This document shows positions 12,412 to 22,545 of a stretch of 59,724 bases of DNA, piece after piece. The stretch lies in contig JBFMGU010000028.1 in NCBI GenBank assembly GCA_040752415.1, positions 1 through 59,724 on the forward strand, given 5' to 3'. The translations under genes were made by a program, and so were the position numbers. The stretch's first letter is position 1; every line of letters starts with the position of its first letter. Below the pieces are notes generated by a model, which saw only the letters and a program-made list of their open reading frames with translations, searched no databases and was not told the DNA's origin. The stretch is from Myxococcota bacterium (GTDB taxonomy: Bacteria > Myxococcota > JACRCW01).

Positions 12412-14832
12412 ATGGGCGGTCATCACAACAAGAAGGGCGAGCTGGTCCTGTGGTTCGAGCAGGTGGGCATGCAGGACGTGCCTCGCGTGGGCGGCAAGAA
12501 CGCTTCACTCGGTGAGATGTACCGTCAGCTCACGCCGCGCGGCGTGAAGGTGCCCAACGGCTTCGCCGTCACCGCGGCCGGGTACCGGAAGTTCCTGGCG
12601 CATGGTGGCCTCGAGAAGCGGATGTCCGAGCTCCTCAGCGGGCTGGATACGCGCAACCTCGCGGAGCTGCAGCGACGAGGTCGCGAGCTGCGGCAGCTGA
12701 TCCTGGCCGCGTCCTTTCCCAGGGACCTTTCCGAGGGGATCACCACCGCGTACGAGAAGCTGAGCGAGAGCGTGCCGGGCGGCGTCGACGTGGCCGTGCG
12801 CAGCAGTGCCACCGCGGAGGATCTCCCGGACGCGAGCTTTGCCGGACAGCAGGAGACCTTCCTCAACGTGCACGGTCCTGCCGCGCTGCTGGATGCGTGT
12901 CGACGTTGTTTTGCCTCCCTCTTCACCGACCGCGCCATCAGCTACCGCGCGGACAAGGGCTTTGCGCACGAGAAGATCGCGCTCTCCGTGGGTGTGCAGC
13001 GCATGGTCCGCTCCGACCTGGCCACCGCGGGCGTGATGTTCTCCCTGGACACGGAGTCCGGCTTCAAGGACGTGGTCCTCATCAACGCGGCCTACGGACT
13101 GGGCGAGAACGTGGTCCAGGGCAGCGTCAATCCCGACGAGTACCACGTGTTCAAGCCCACCCTGCTGAAGGGGTTCCGCCCCATCATCGGCAAGGCGCTG
13201 GGCAGCAAGGAGTTCAAGGTGGTCTACGACGTGGGCGGCACGCGCATGGTGAAGAACGTGCCCGTCCCGCCGGAGGACCGCACGCGCTACGCGCTCTCCG
13301 ACGACGACATCCTCACCCTCGCCCGCTGGGCCTGCATCATCGAAGAGCACTACTCACGACTGCGCGGTCAGCCCACGCCCATGGACTTGGAGTGGGCCAA
13401 GGACGGGCGCACCGGGGAGCTGTTCGTCGTCCAGGCGCGGCCGGAGACGGTGCAGTCGCGCAAGCGGACCAGCCAGATGGAGACCTACGCGCTGAAGGAG
13501 CGGGGGCCGGTTCTCGTCGAGGGACGCGCGGTGGGTGAGCGCATTGGCGCCGGCCGCGTCAGCGTGATCCACAGCGCGCAGCAGATCGCGCAGTTCCGTG
13601 ACGGCGACATCCTGGTCACCGACAAGACCGACCCGGACTGGGAACCGATCATGAAACGCGCCGCCGCCATCGTCACCAACCGCGGCGGGCGGACCTGTCA
13701 CGCGGCCATTGTGAGTCGGGAGCTGGGCCTGCCGGCCATTGTGGGAACGGAGCGCGGAACGGACGTGGTCAAGCACGGGATGACCATCACCGTGAGCTGT
13801 GCCGAGGGAGACACCGGCCGCGTGTACCAGGGCAAGCTGGCCTACGACGTCAACCGCGTGGATCTCACCAGCCTGTCCCGCCCGCGCACGAAGATCATGA
13901 TGAACGTGGCCAATCCCGCGGAGGCGCTGCGCCTGGCGGCCATCCCCAATGACGGCGTGGGCCTGGCGCGCGAGGAGTTCATCATCAACACGTTCATCCG
14001 CATCCACCCGCTGGCGCTGCTCAACTACGAGCGCATCACGGACCCCGCGGTGAAAGCGGAGATCGACCGGCTGACGCGGGGAGAGCCGGACAAGCCGCGC
14101 TACTTCGTCGACCGGCTGGCGCAGGGCGTGGCCATGCTGGCCGCCGCGTTCCACCCCAACGACGTCATTGTCCGCCTCAGCGACTTCAAGACCAACGAGT
14201 ACGCGAACCTCATTGGCGGCCGCCCGTACGAGCCCGTGGAGGAGAATCCCATGCTCGGGTTCCGCGGCGCGTCCCGCTATTACAACGAGCGCTACCGGGA
14301 GGGCTTCGCGCTGGAGTGTCGCGCGCTGAAGAAGGTGCGGGACGAGATGGGGCTGACCAATCTCAAGGTGATGGTGCCGTTCTGTCGCACGGTGGAGGAG
14401 GGTCGACGCGTGCTGCAGGAGATGGAGCGCCACGGACTGAAGCGCGGCGTCAACGGGCTGGAGGTCTACGTGATGTGCGAGATCCCCAGCAACGTGATCC
14501 TGGCCGAGGAGTTCGCGGAGATCTTCGACGGGTTCTCCATTGGCTCCAATGACCTCACGCAGCTCACGCTCGGCGTGGACCGTGACTCGGAGATCGTGGC
14601 GCCGCTGTTTGATGAGCGGAACCCGGCGGTGAAGAAGCTCATCTCGCAGGTGATCCGCGTGGCGCGGGCGCGCGGCCGGAAGATTGGCATCTGCGGCCAG
14701 GCCCCCAGCGACTACCCCGAGTTCGCGCGGTTCCTCGTCGAGGAGGGCATTGACAGCATCTCGCTGAATCCCGACGCGGTCCTGCGCACCACGTTGGCGG
14801 TGGTGGCGCTGGAGAAGGAGCTGGGTCGCTGA
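12412..14832 (+). CDS. ppsA: Phosphoenolpyruvate synthase (pyruvate,water dikinase)
   Basis: VGGKNASLGEM, VAVRSSATAEDLPDASFAGQQETFLNV, GGRTCHAAIVSRELG (phospho-His), EENPMLGFRGASRY, FSIGSNDLTQL, GICGQAPSD. Confidence 0.96.
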   Translation: MGGHHNKKGELVLWFEQVGMQDVPRVGGKNASLGEMYRQLTPRGVKVPNGFAVTAAGYRKFLAHGGLEKRMSELLSGLDTRNLAELQRRGRELRQLILAASFPRDLSEGITTAYEKLSESVPGGVDVAVRSSATAEDLPDASFAGQQETFLNVHGPAALLDACRRCFASLFTDRAISYRADKGFAHEKIALSVGVQRMVRSDLATAGVMFSLDTESGFKDVVLINAAYGLGENVVQGSVNPDEYHVFKPTLLKGFRPIIGKALGSKEFKVVYDVGGTRMVKNVPVPPEDRTRYALSDDDILTLARWACIIEEHYSRLRGQPTPMDLEWAKDGRTGELFVVQARPETVQSRKRTSQMETYALKERGPVLVEGRAVGERIGAGRVSVIHSAQQIAQFRDGDILVTDKTDPDWEPIMKRAAAIVTNRGGRTCHAAIVSRELGLPAIVGTERGTDVVKHGMTITVSCAEGDTGRVYQGKLAYDVNRVDLTSLSRPRTKIMMNVANPAEALRLAAIPNDGVGLAREEFIINTFIRIHPLALLNYERITDPAVKAEIDRLTRGEPDKPRYFVDRLAQGVAMLAAAFHPNDVIVRLSDFKTNEYANLIGGRPYEPVEENPMLGFRGASRYYNERYREGFALECRALKKVRDEMGLTNLKVMVPFCRTVEEGRRVLQEMERHGLKRGVNGLEVYVMCEIPSNVILAEEFAEIFDGFSIGSNDLTQLTLGVDRDSEIVAPLFDERNPAVKKLISQVIRVARARGRKIGICGQAPSDYPEFARFLVEEGIDSISLNPDAVLRTTLAVVALEKELGR

Positions 14833-14843
14833 GGGAAAAAGCG

Positions 14844-14916
14844 GGAGCCACGCCGGGACGCCCGCCGAGGGCCCCCCATTCCGCCCCCACAGCGCCCACG
14901 CACCCGGCGTGGCTCC
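14844..14916. repeat. 14-bp perfect inverted repeat with 45-nt spacer downstream of ppsA
   Basis: GGAGCCACGCCGGG (14844-14857) and CCCGGCGTGGCTCC (14903-14916). Confidence 0.7.
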
Positions 14917-15033
14917 GACGACCTGCAATTGCATGACGGGAAGACCGAGCCCCGGAACGCGCCCCCCGGCGGTGCTCCTGAGCTCAAGCGAAGGTTAACG
15001 ACGGGATATCGGACCCGCAGTGCGCCCTGGCTC

Positions 15034-15070
15034 AAGAAACAACAAAGCCCCCGATTTCTCGGAGGCTTTG
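15034..15070 (-). terminator. Intrinsic terminator downstream of tRNA-Val
   Basis: Minus strand CAAAGCCTCCGA-GAAA-TCGGGGGCTTTG followed by T-rich TTGTTTCTT. Confidence 0.75.
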
Positions 15071-15073
15071 GCA

Positions 15074-15145
15074 TGGGCGCAGCAGGATTTGAACCTACGA
15101 CTCCCACCGTGTGAAGGTGGTACTCTACCGCTGAGTTATGCGCCC
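15074..15145 (-). tRNA. tRNA-Val(CAC), CCA not encoded
   Basis: GGGCGCATAACTCAGCGGTAGAGTACCACCTTCACACGGTGGGAGTCGTAGGTTCAAATCCTGCTGCGCCCA folds as a cloverleaf; anticodon stem CCACC/GGTGG with CAC; T-loop GTTCAAATC. Confidence 0.96.
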
Positions 15146-15219
15146 GTGCGGGTTTCAACGGCGGGGGAGGCTTCTAGGGCTTGAGGCTTCCCGGATCAAG
15201 TGCAAACTGCATCTCCGGA

Positions 15220-16224
15220 TCACTTTTCCAGCGCGGCCCCTCCCGTCGCCAGGAAGCGCCCCAGCACGGGCCAGACCACGTCCGGCGCGTGACGCCCAAT
15301 GAGCACGTCCAGGTGCCCAAAGCGGTGACGGTGCTCCCGGCGCCCGAACACCATGAAGCGCTTGAGCGTGGACCCGGCGCGGTCGTGGAGCGGTCTCACG
15401 TCACGCGGGGGCGCCAGGCCGTCATGGTCCGCGGCCACCACCAGCAGCGGGGCTCGCAGCGCCTCCACGCGCTCCATGACGTGGACGGCGCCGCACCGGG
15501 ACCCATGCGTGGCACCCAGCTGGAACAGGTCCGCCAGGACGTGATTGCCCTCATTGGAGAACGTGTGCCGGAGCGCCCAGGCCAACAGCTTCCCTTCCAT
15601 GGAGCGCGGCGCCCAGACGGGCATCAACATGGGGAAACGCGGGTGGTCCAGCACCCCTCGCATGGCATGCAGCATCAGGCCCACGCTGCGCGTCATCAGT
15701 GGCACGCGCGCCGCGCTGGCCAGCCCCGCGTAGCGACGGAGCCCCCACGCAATGGGCCCGTTCATACGCGCCAGGCGCTGGAAGAACGCCATGGGCGGGC
15801 ACACCACGCAGACCGCGGAGAGCAGCTGCGCCGCGTGATGGGGCAATGACGCCGCCACCAGGCCGCCCATGGAGTGCCCCAGCATGCGCATGGGGCCGCG
15901 CGGTCGTTCCGTCCGGATGGCGTGAAGCATGGCGGGGACGTCGTGGTTGACGTAGTCCGCGAACGCGTGCGGATGGTGACGACGTGCCGCGGGTGAATCC
16001 CCGTGCCCGCGCAGGTCCCCGGCGTAGACGGCCATGCCCTGGCGGGCCAGGTGCTCCGTCAGGGAGCGGCCCGGCGCATCAAAGGTGTGGTGGTTCTGCG
16101 CGAAACCGTGCAGGAGGAGCAGGGAAGGCGCGTCGTCGGGCAGGTGCTGGGGATGGACCGCGAGGACGTGGAGCTTGAGCCCATCATGCGTGCGTGCATG
16201 CAGTGCGCGCCGCGTGAGCCTCAT
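15220..16224 (-). CDS. Alpha/beta hydrolase (Ser nucleophile)
   Basis: LLHGFAQN, DLRGHG, GHSMGG, ADHDGLAP, FGHLDVLIG. Confidence 0.85.
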   Translation of the reverse strand: MRLTRRALHARTHDGLKLHVLAVHPQHLPDDAPSLLLLHGFAQNHHTFDAPGRSLTEHLARQGMAVYAGDLRGHGDSPAARRHHPHAFADYVNHDVPAMLHAIRTERPRGPMRMLGHSMGGLVAASLPHHAAQLLSAVCVVCPPMAFFQRLARMNGPIAWGLRRYAGLASAARVPLMTRSVGLMLHAMRGVLDHPRFPMLMPVWAPRSMEGKLLAWALRHTFSNEGNHVLADLFQLGATHGSRCGAVHVMERVEALRAPLLVVAADHDGLAPPRDVRPLHDRAGSTLKRFMVFGRREHRHRFGHLDVLIGRHAPDVVWPVLGRFLATGGAALEK

Positions 16225-16230
16225 GACGCC

Positions 16231-18051
16231 TCACACCAACACGCCACCCGCGCCGGAGCCCGTCTGCACCAGGCGCTGGTTGCTCTTCTGGCGCTGGGCG
16301 GACAGCTCACTCACCAGCTCCAGCACCTGCGGGTGGGTCATGATGATCTCGTTGAACTGCTTGCGCGGCAGGCGCAGCACGATGCACTTGTTGATGGCCT
16401 CGATGCTGGCGCTCACCGGCGCGCGTGTCAGCAGGGACATCTCGCCAAACACGTCGCCTTCCTTGAGCTGCGCCAGCTCGATGGCACCGCTGCCGCCGTT
16501 CTTCTTCACGCTGCAGCGGCCGCTGAGCACCAGGTAGAGCCCGTCGCCCTTCTGGCCCTCGGTCAGGATCATCTCTCCCGGCGCCACCTCACGGCTCTTG
16601 AACTGCTCGATGAGGTTCTTGCGCTGGTTCTTGTCGAACGGCGCGAAGATGGGGCTCATGTTGAGCAGGTTGGAGAGCAGGCGCTGCTTGTAGAAACGCA
16701 GCATGACCTGCGCCACCGACGGGTAGTCCCTGATCACCGCGTCCAGGGTGGCGCGGGAGATCTCGAACAATTCTCCGTCGGAGGAGGCCACCACGCTGGC
16801 GGCGCGCGGGGCCTCCGAGAGCAGCGCCATCTCGCCAAAGAACGCACCGTCGCTGAGCGTGGCCAGCTGGGTGGGGGTGCCGTTGATGACCTTCTCCACC
16901 TTCACCGACCCGCTGGCGATGATGAAGAAGCTGTCACCCCTGGCGCCCTCCTGGATGATGACGTCACCGGTCATCATGGTGCGGATTTCCATGCGCTCCA
17001 TGAGGTCGATGAAGGCGTTCTTGGAGAGCTCACTGAAGAGCGGGATGGGCGGCAGCTTGTCCAGGTCCACCTTGGCGGGTGCCGCGGTCTCGTCGACGAG
17101 CAGCTCGCCAAAGTCCGTCTCCGCGCCGCCGGTGGCGTCCACCTCGATCTCGGCCGCGTTGGCGTCGATGGCGGGCATCTCCATCTCTTCCAGGCTGGGC
17201 GGCCCCAACGCGGGCACCACCACCACCGGCTCCGGCTCCGCCACCGGCGCACCCCACGACGACGCTGGCCCGGTGGGCGGCGCCAACGGCTGCCCCACCA
17301 CGGCGGGCGGCGGCTCCGGCGTTCCCACCAGCGCACCCGCCACCACGGGCACTTCCTCCACGTCGAGCTCGATCTCCGCCGCCCCCGACGCACGCGCTGG
17401 AGCCGGTGCGGCGGCGGGCCTGGCGGGAGGAGGCTGGAAGTCCAACTCAATGGCGCCGTCGTCGGGCTTGGCGGCAACGGGCGCGGGCGCCGGGCGCGGC
17501 GGAGGAGGAGCCACGGGCGCGGGCGCGGGAGCCGCGGCGGGAGCAGCACCGGTGCCGGTGGGCATGCGTGCGGGCGCGGCGCCTGCCCCCGTGCCTTGGC
17601 GGAGCGGGAGCTGTTGCGCGGGAATGCCGCGGATCATCGACGCGGAGAGCTTCTGTCCCGGCGCTGGCCGCTGCGCGATCACCGTCGACATCGCGGCGGG
17701 CAGCTCGGCGGTATTGAAGTCTCCGCGCTTCTTTCCGTAGAGCTCGGCCAGCGTCCGCTGCGTCTCGGTGTGATTGGGGTCCAGCTGCAGGATGAGCTTG
17801 GAGACCGCAATGGCCTTCAGCAGCAGCCCGTCGGCGGCAAAGGCACCGGCCACGCCTTGATAGGCCTCAATGGCCTTCTCCTTGTTGCCAACCTTGGCCC
17901 ACAGGTCGCCAATGCGCTGACGCGTGGCCAGGTCGCCCGGGTCCAGCTTCTGGACGTTGAGGAGCTCCTCGAGGGCTTCCTTGACCCGGCCCTTGGCAAG
18001 CTGTCGCGCAGCCTCGTCCTTGTGCTTGCGCAGCTTGTCGGCGTTGCTCAT
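16231..18051 (-). CDS. Cyclic-nucleotide-binding protein: N-terminal TPR, Pro/Ala-rich linker, two cNMP domains, no HTH
   Basis: GAFFGEMALLSEAPRAASV and GDVFGEMSLLTRAPVSASI; TPR-like helices at N-terminus; start ATG 18051 after GGGAGA. Confidence 0.85.
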   Translation of the reverse strand: MSNADKLRKHKDEAARQLAKGRVKEALEELLNVQKLDPGDLATRQRIGDLWAKVGNKEKAIEAYQGVAGAFAADGLLLKAIAVSKLILQLDPNHTETQRTLAELYGKKRGDFNTAELPAAMSTVIAQRPAPGQKLSASMIRGIPAQQLPLRQGTGAGAAPARMPTGTGAAPAAAPAPAPVAPPPPRPAPAPVAAKPDDGAIELDFQPPPARPAAAPAPARASGAAEIELDVEEVPVVAGALVGTPEPPPAVVGQPLAPPTGPASSWGAPVAEPEPVVVVPALGPPSLEEMEMPAIDANAAEIEVDATGGAETDFGELLVDETAAPAKVDLDKLPPIPLFSELSKNAFIDLMERMEIRTMMTGDVIIQEGARGDSFFIIASGSVKVEKVINGTPTQLATLSDGAFFGEMALLSEAPRAASVVASSDGELFEISRATLDAVIRDYPSVAQVMLRFYKQRLLSNLLNMSPIFAPFDKNQRKNLIEQFKSREVAPGEMILTEGQKGDGLYLVLSGRCSVKKNGGSGAIELAQLKEGDVFGEMSLLTRAPVSASIEAINKCIVLRLPRKQFNEIIMTHPQVLELVSELSAQRQKSNQRLVQTGSGAGGVLV

Positions 18052-18213
18052 GGCGTGTCTCCCAAAAGGCGTGGCGCCAACCCCGGGCATTTTTCCCGTG
18101 GCCGGCGCCGCCGGACTGTACTGCACCCACCCCGTTGACTGCGCTTTTCCGGCCGGGCCCCCCATACCGGTGCCGCCCCTCATGCGCAGGAGCGGGCACC
18201 GGTTTCCGGCAGG

Positions 18214-19488
18214 TCACTTCACGTCGCGACGTCCCTGGCCGAGGTAGATCTGGCGCGGCCGGGCAATCTTCTGGTCCTGGTCCAGCAGCATCTCCTGCCA
18301 CTGCGCCAGCCAGCCGCTCATGCGCGGGATGGCGAACAGCACCGGGAACATGTCCACCGGGAACTTGAGCGCCTGGTAGATGAGGCCCGAGTAGAAGTCG
18401 ACGTTGGGGTACAGCTTCCGCTTGACGAAGTACTCGTCCTGCAGCGCGATGCGCTCCAGCTCCAGCGCCATGTCCAGCTTGGGGTTGCGGCCCGTCTTGG
18501 CGAAGACCTTGTCCGCCATCTGCTTGATGATCTTCGCGCGCGGGTCGTAGTTCTTGTACACGCGGTGGCCGAAGCCCATCAGCCGCTTCTCACCCTTGCC
18601 CTCCTTCACCTCCTTGATGAAGGCCGGCACGTTGTTGATGCTGCCAATCTCGTCGAGCATGCGCAGCACCGCCTCATTGGCGCCGCCGTGCAGCGGGCCG
18701 TAGAGCGCCGCCGCCGCGCCCGCCGCCGCGCTGTACGGGTCCACCTGGCTGGAGCCAATGGAGCGCATGGCGGAGGTGCTGCAGTTCTGCTCGTGGTCGG
18801 CGTGGAGGATGAAGAGCACGTCCATGGCGCGCTCGATGTCGGGGTCCGGCTTGTAACGGAGCTCCGCCATCTTGAACATCATGGACAGGAAGTTGCCGGT
18901 GTAGCTGAGGTCGTTGTCCGGCATCACGTACGGGAGGCCAAAGCGGTGGCGGTAGGCCAGCGCCGCCAGCGTGGGCACCTTGGCAATCAGGCGCGTGATG
19001 GTGAGCTTGCGCTCCTCCTCGTCGTAGACGTTCTTGGCCGTGGGGTAGAACGTGGACAGCGCGCCCAGGCTGCTGATGAGCACGCCCATGGGATGCGCGT
19101 CGTACTGGAAGCCGTCAATGAACTTCTTGATGTTCTCGTGGACGAAGGTGTGGTTGGTGATCCGCTGCGTCCACTCCGCGCTCTGCTCCTTGGAGGGCAG
19201 CTCGCCGTGGATGAGCAGGTAGGCCACGTCCAGGTGCGTGCACTTCTCCGCGAGCTGCTCAATGGGATAGCCGCGGTACAACAGGATGCCCTTGTCACCG
19301 TCAATGAACGTGATCCGGCTCTTGCACGAGGCCGTGTTCATGTAGGCCGGGTCGTAGGTCATGAGACCAAAGTCGTCGTCCTTGGCCTTGATCTGGCGCA
19401 GGTCCGTGGCCTTGATGGTCTCGTTCTCGATGGGAATCGTGTATTGCTTGCCGGTGCGGTTGTCGGTGATGGTGAGCGTATCAGCCAT
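18214..19488 (-). CDS. gltA: Citrate synthase (type II-like)
   Basis: TYDPAYMNTASCKSRITFIDGDKGILLYRGYPIEQL, HADHEQNCST, GPLHGGANE, MGFGHRVYKNYDPRA, YPNVDFYSG. Confidence 0.96.
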   Translation of the reverse strand: MADTLTITDNRTGKQYTIPIENETIKATDLRQIKAKDDDFGLMTYDPAYMNTASCKSRITFIDGDKGILLYRGYPIEQLAEKCTHLDVAYLLIHGELPSKEQSAEWTQRITNHTFVHENIKKFIDGFQYDAHPMGVLISSLGALSTFYPTAKNVYDEEERKLTITRLIAKVPTLAALAYRHRFGLPYVMPDNDLSYTGNFLSMMFKMAELRYKPDPDIERAMDVLFILHADHEQNCSTSAMRSIGSSQVDPYSAAAGAAAALYGPLHGGANEAVLRMLDEIGSINNVPAFIKEVKEGKGEKRLMGFGHRVYKNYDPRAKIIKQMADKVFAKTGRNPKLDMALELERIALQDEYFVKRKLYPNVDFYSGLIYQALKFPVDMFPVLFAIPRMSGWLAQWQEMLLDQDQKIARPRQIYLGQGRRDVK

Positions 19489-19606
19489 GGGCATCTCCGG
19501 TGGGGGCGGCCGAAGTCAGAATGCGGCATAGGCACCACGGACAGGTGCCCGCCGTCAACCGCCCCACGTACCTTCTCCGCAACTTTCCCACCCCCCTCCC
19601 CGCTCC

Positions 19607-21520
19607 ATGACCCTGGTCACCCTCTCGGACGTCCACCTCTCCTTCGGCGCGCAGGAAGTGCTGAAGGGCGCCACCCTCGAGATCGTGGCCGGGGACCGCC
19701 TGGGGCTGGTGGGCCCCAATGGGGCGGGGAAGACGTCGCTGCTCAGGCTCATCACCGGGGATCACGTCCCGGATCACGGCGAAGTGGTGCGTGCCCGCGG
19801 CATGACGTTGCGGCTGTTGCGGCAGGAGCGGCAGTTCGGTGGCGTCGGAGAACAGGGCCTCACGGTGATGGACGCCGCGCTGCACGCCCGCGCCGACCTG
19901 CTGGCGCTGGAGCAGAACCTCCACGCACTGGAGCAGCGGGTGGCGGCGAATCCGTCGGATGCGGAGGCGCTCACGGAGCTGGGCGTGGTGCGCGACCGCT
20001 ACGAGACCGGCGGCGGCTACCGGTTCCGCTCCGAGGTGGAGTCGGTGCTGCTGGGTCTGGGGATTCCCCGCACCAAGTGGTCGCAGCGGGCGGGCGCGCT
20101 CTCCGGCGGTGAGGCGGGTCGGCTGGAGCTGGCCACCCTGATGCTGGCGCTGCCGGATCTGCTCCTCCTCGACGAGCCCACCAATCACCTGGACATGGCC
20201 GCGGTGGAGTTCCTGGAGGACTGGCTCAAGGGCTTTCCCGGCGCCGTCCTCCTCGTCAGCCATGACCGCAGCTTCCTCGACAACACGGTCCGCAACATCG
20301 TGGAGGTCCGCGGCGGGCGGCTGGAGCGTTACACCGGTGGGTACAGCGCGTACGCCGTCGAGCGGGAGCTGCGCGAGGCCCGGCGTCTCAAGGAGTTCAC
20401 CGCGCAGCAGGAGTTCATCGCCAAGACGGAAGCGTGGATCCAGAAGAACATCGCCAGCGCCACGAGCAGCCGGCAGGCCAAGTCACGTCGGAAGATGCTG
20501 GAGCGGCTGGAGCTGGTGGATGCGCCGGAGCTGCTGAGGCGCCCTCCCCGACTGATGTTCCCCGAGGGGATGCGCAGCGGTGAGGAGGTGCTGATGGCCA
20601 AGGGCCTGACGCACGGCTTTGGCGACCGCACCCTGTTCCACGACGTCAACCTCACCCTGAGACGCGGCGACAAGATCGGCGTGGCGGGGCCCAATGGATC
20701 CGGGAAGAGCACGTTGGCGCGCATCCTGGCCGGACGCATCACGCCGCGGGAAGGCACGGTGACGCTGGGACGCAAGGTCCAGCCGCTGTACTACGACCAG
20801 GCGCAAGCCGATCTCCCTCGCAGCGGGACGCCGTTCAGCCTCGTGCGGGAAGCGCACCAGACGGCCACCAATGAGCACCTGCGCGGACACCTGGGCCGCT
20901 TCGGCTTCTCGGGGAGCGAGGCGGACAAGGACGTGGCCGCGCTCAGCGGTGGAGAACGCGCACGCCTCGCGCTCGCCGTGGAGACGCTGCGCCCGGCCAA
21001 CTTCCTCATCCTCGACGAGCCCACCAACCACCTGGACATGGACACGCGCGAGGTGCTGGAGGAGGGGCTGGACCAGTTCGAGGGCACCGTTCTCGTCGTC
21101 AGCCATGACCGCTACCTGCTGGATGCCATCACCTCGCGCACGATCATCGTCGAGGATGGGCGCGTGCTCGACGAGCTGGGGTCCTACGGCGAGGTCCGGG
21201 AACGGCTGAGGGCGCAGGCTGCCGCCACGACGGGGACGGCGAAAGCTGACGGCACGACGACGTTGGAGACGGCGGCGCAGGCGCACAAGCGCATGGAGAA
21301 GGAACGGCGTGCGTTGGAGCGGGACCTGGCGCGCGTGGAGGAGCGGATTGCCAAGGTGGAGACGGAGATGGGCGCGCGTGACGTCATTCTCTCCGACCCC
21401 ACCACGCACTGGCAGACGCTGGCCAACGCACAGACCGAGCGCGCGGCGCTGGCCAAGGAGCTGGAGCAGCTCATGGTCGACTGGGAACGGTTGAGCACCG
21501 CGCTTCACAACGGCGCATGA
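19607..21520 (+). CDS. ABC-F family ATP-binding protein (Uup/YheS-like)
   Basis: Two ABC domains (GPNGAGKT, GPNGSGKS; LSGGE; LDEPTNHLD twice), no TM domain, C-terminal coiled coil. Confidence 0.92.
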   Translation: MTLVTLSDVHLSFGAQEVLKGATLEIVAGDRLGLVGPNGAGKTSLLRLITGDHVPDHGEVVRARGMTLRLLRQERQFGGVGEQGLTVMDAALHARADLLALEQNLHALEQRVAANPSDAEALTELGVVRDRYETGGGYRFRSEVESVLLGLGIPRTKWSQRAGALSGGEAGRLELATLMLALPDLLLLDEPTNHLDMAAVEFLEDWLKGFPGAVLLVSHDRSFLDNTVRNIVEVRGGRLERYTGGYSAYAVERELREARRLKEFTAQQEFIAKTEAWIQKNIASATSSRQAKSRRKMLERLELVDAPELLRRPPRLMFPEGMRSGEEVLMAKGLTHGFGDRTLFHDVNLTLRRGDKIGVAGPNGSGKSTLARILAGRITPREGTVTLGRKVQPLYYDQAQADLPRSGTPFSLVREAHQTATNEHLRGHLGRFGFSGSEADKDVAALSGGERARLALAVETLRPANFLILDEPTNHLDMDTREVLEEGLDQFEGTVLVVSHDRYLLDAITSRTIIVEDGRVLDELGSYGEVRERLRAQAAATTGTAKADGTTTLETAAQAHKRMEKERRALERDLARVEERIAKVETEMGARDVILSDPTTHWQTLANAQTERAALAKELEQLMVDWERLSTALHNGA

Positions 21521-21530
21521 GGAGGACGGG

Positions 21531-22529
21531 ATGCGGATCCTGGTGACGGGGGCATCACGCGGCGCGGGCCGGTCCATGGCGGAGGAGCTGGCCGCACGGG
21601 GACATGAGGTGCGCGCCCTGGTGCGTCGCCCCGACGACATCACCCGGCTCTCCACGCAATGGAGCGACCAGGAACGCCTCACCCCCGTCCTGGGCGACGT
21701 CACCGAGCGCGCCAGCCTGGACGCCGCCATGGACGGATGCGAGGCGCTCATCCACGCCGCCGCCGCGGTGGGCGAGGAGGACGGGGACCGCGCGTTGTTC
21801 CACCGTGTCAACGTCGAGGGGACGGGGAACGTGTGGCGGGCGGCGGGACGTGCACGCGTGAGGTCCGCGGTGATGATCTCCAGCGTGGCCATCTACGGGC
21901 GCCCCAACGTCCCCGAGGTCAGCGAGGACGCGCCGCGCGCGAAGCTGGAGGTGGCCTATGAGCAAACCAAGGCCGCCGCCGAGAACGTGGCCCTGGAGCT
22001 GGGGCGACTGTTCAACATCCGCACCGCCGTCCTCCGTCCCAGCGTCATCTACGGTCCGTACGACGAGCAGTTCGTCCCGCGCCTGGTGCGCTCACTGCGG
22101 TCACACTCGTTCATCTACGTGGGCGACCCGGATCGGCCCATCAACCTCTGCGCCGTGGAACACCTCACGTGGTGCGCGTTCGCCGCCCTGCAGACTCCCG
22201 CCGCGGCGGGTGAGGCGTTCAACGTGGTGGACGGCGTTCTTCCGTCGTGGCGGCAGACGGTGGAGCTCATCTGCCACGAGGCCGGCTTCAAGGTGCCCAC
22301 GCGCGTGGTGGACCCGCAGACCGCGCTCAGGCTCGGCACCGCCGTCGACAAGGTGCGCAAGCTGGGGCTGCCCCTGCCACTTCCGGCCGTCACCCGCTTC
22401 ACCGCGCGCGTGGCGGGGACCTCGTGCGTCTACCGCATAGACAAGGCGCGCAGGATCCTGGGCTACCGACCCGTGCACACGTTCATGGAGCGCGGTCCCG
22501 CATTGGTGCGCGCCTACCTGAGCGCGTGA
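21531..22529 (+). CDS. NAD-dependent epimerase/dehydratase (extended SDR)
   Basis: ILVTGASRGAG, NVEGT, ISSVAIYG, YEQTK (YxxxK), LRPSVIYGP. Confidence 0.88.
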   Translation: MRILVTGASRGAGRSMAEELAARGHEVRALVRRPDDITRLSTQWSDQERLTPVLGDVTERASLDAAMDGCEALIHAAAAVGEEDGDRALFHRVNVEGTGNVWRAAGRARVRSAVMISSVAIYGRPNVPEVSEDAPRAKLEVAYEQTKAAAENVALELGRLFNIRTAVLRPSVIYGPYDEQFVPRLVRSLRSHSFIYVGDPDRPINLCAVEHLTWCAFAALQTPAAAGEAFNVVDGVLPSWRQTVELICHEAGFKVPTRVVDPQTALRLGTAVDKVRKLGLPLPLPAVTRFTARVAGTSCVYRIDKARRILGYRPVHTFMERGPALVRAYLSA

Positions 22530-22545
22530 GCTATCTTCCCGCCCC

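Noticed and set aside
15220..16224. PHA synthase PhaC, given the phasin gene in the window
   Set aside because: Nucleophile elbow is GHSMG (Ser), not the Cys lipase box of PhaC.
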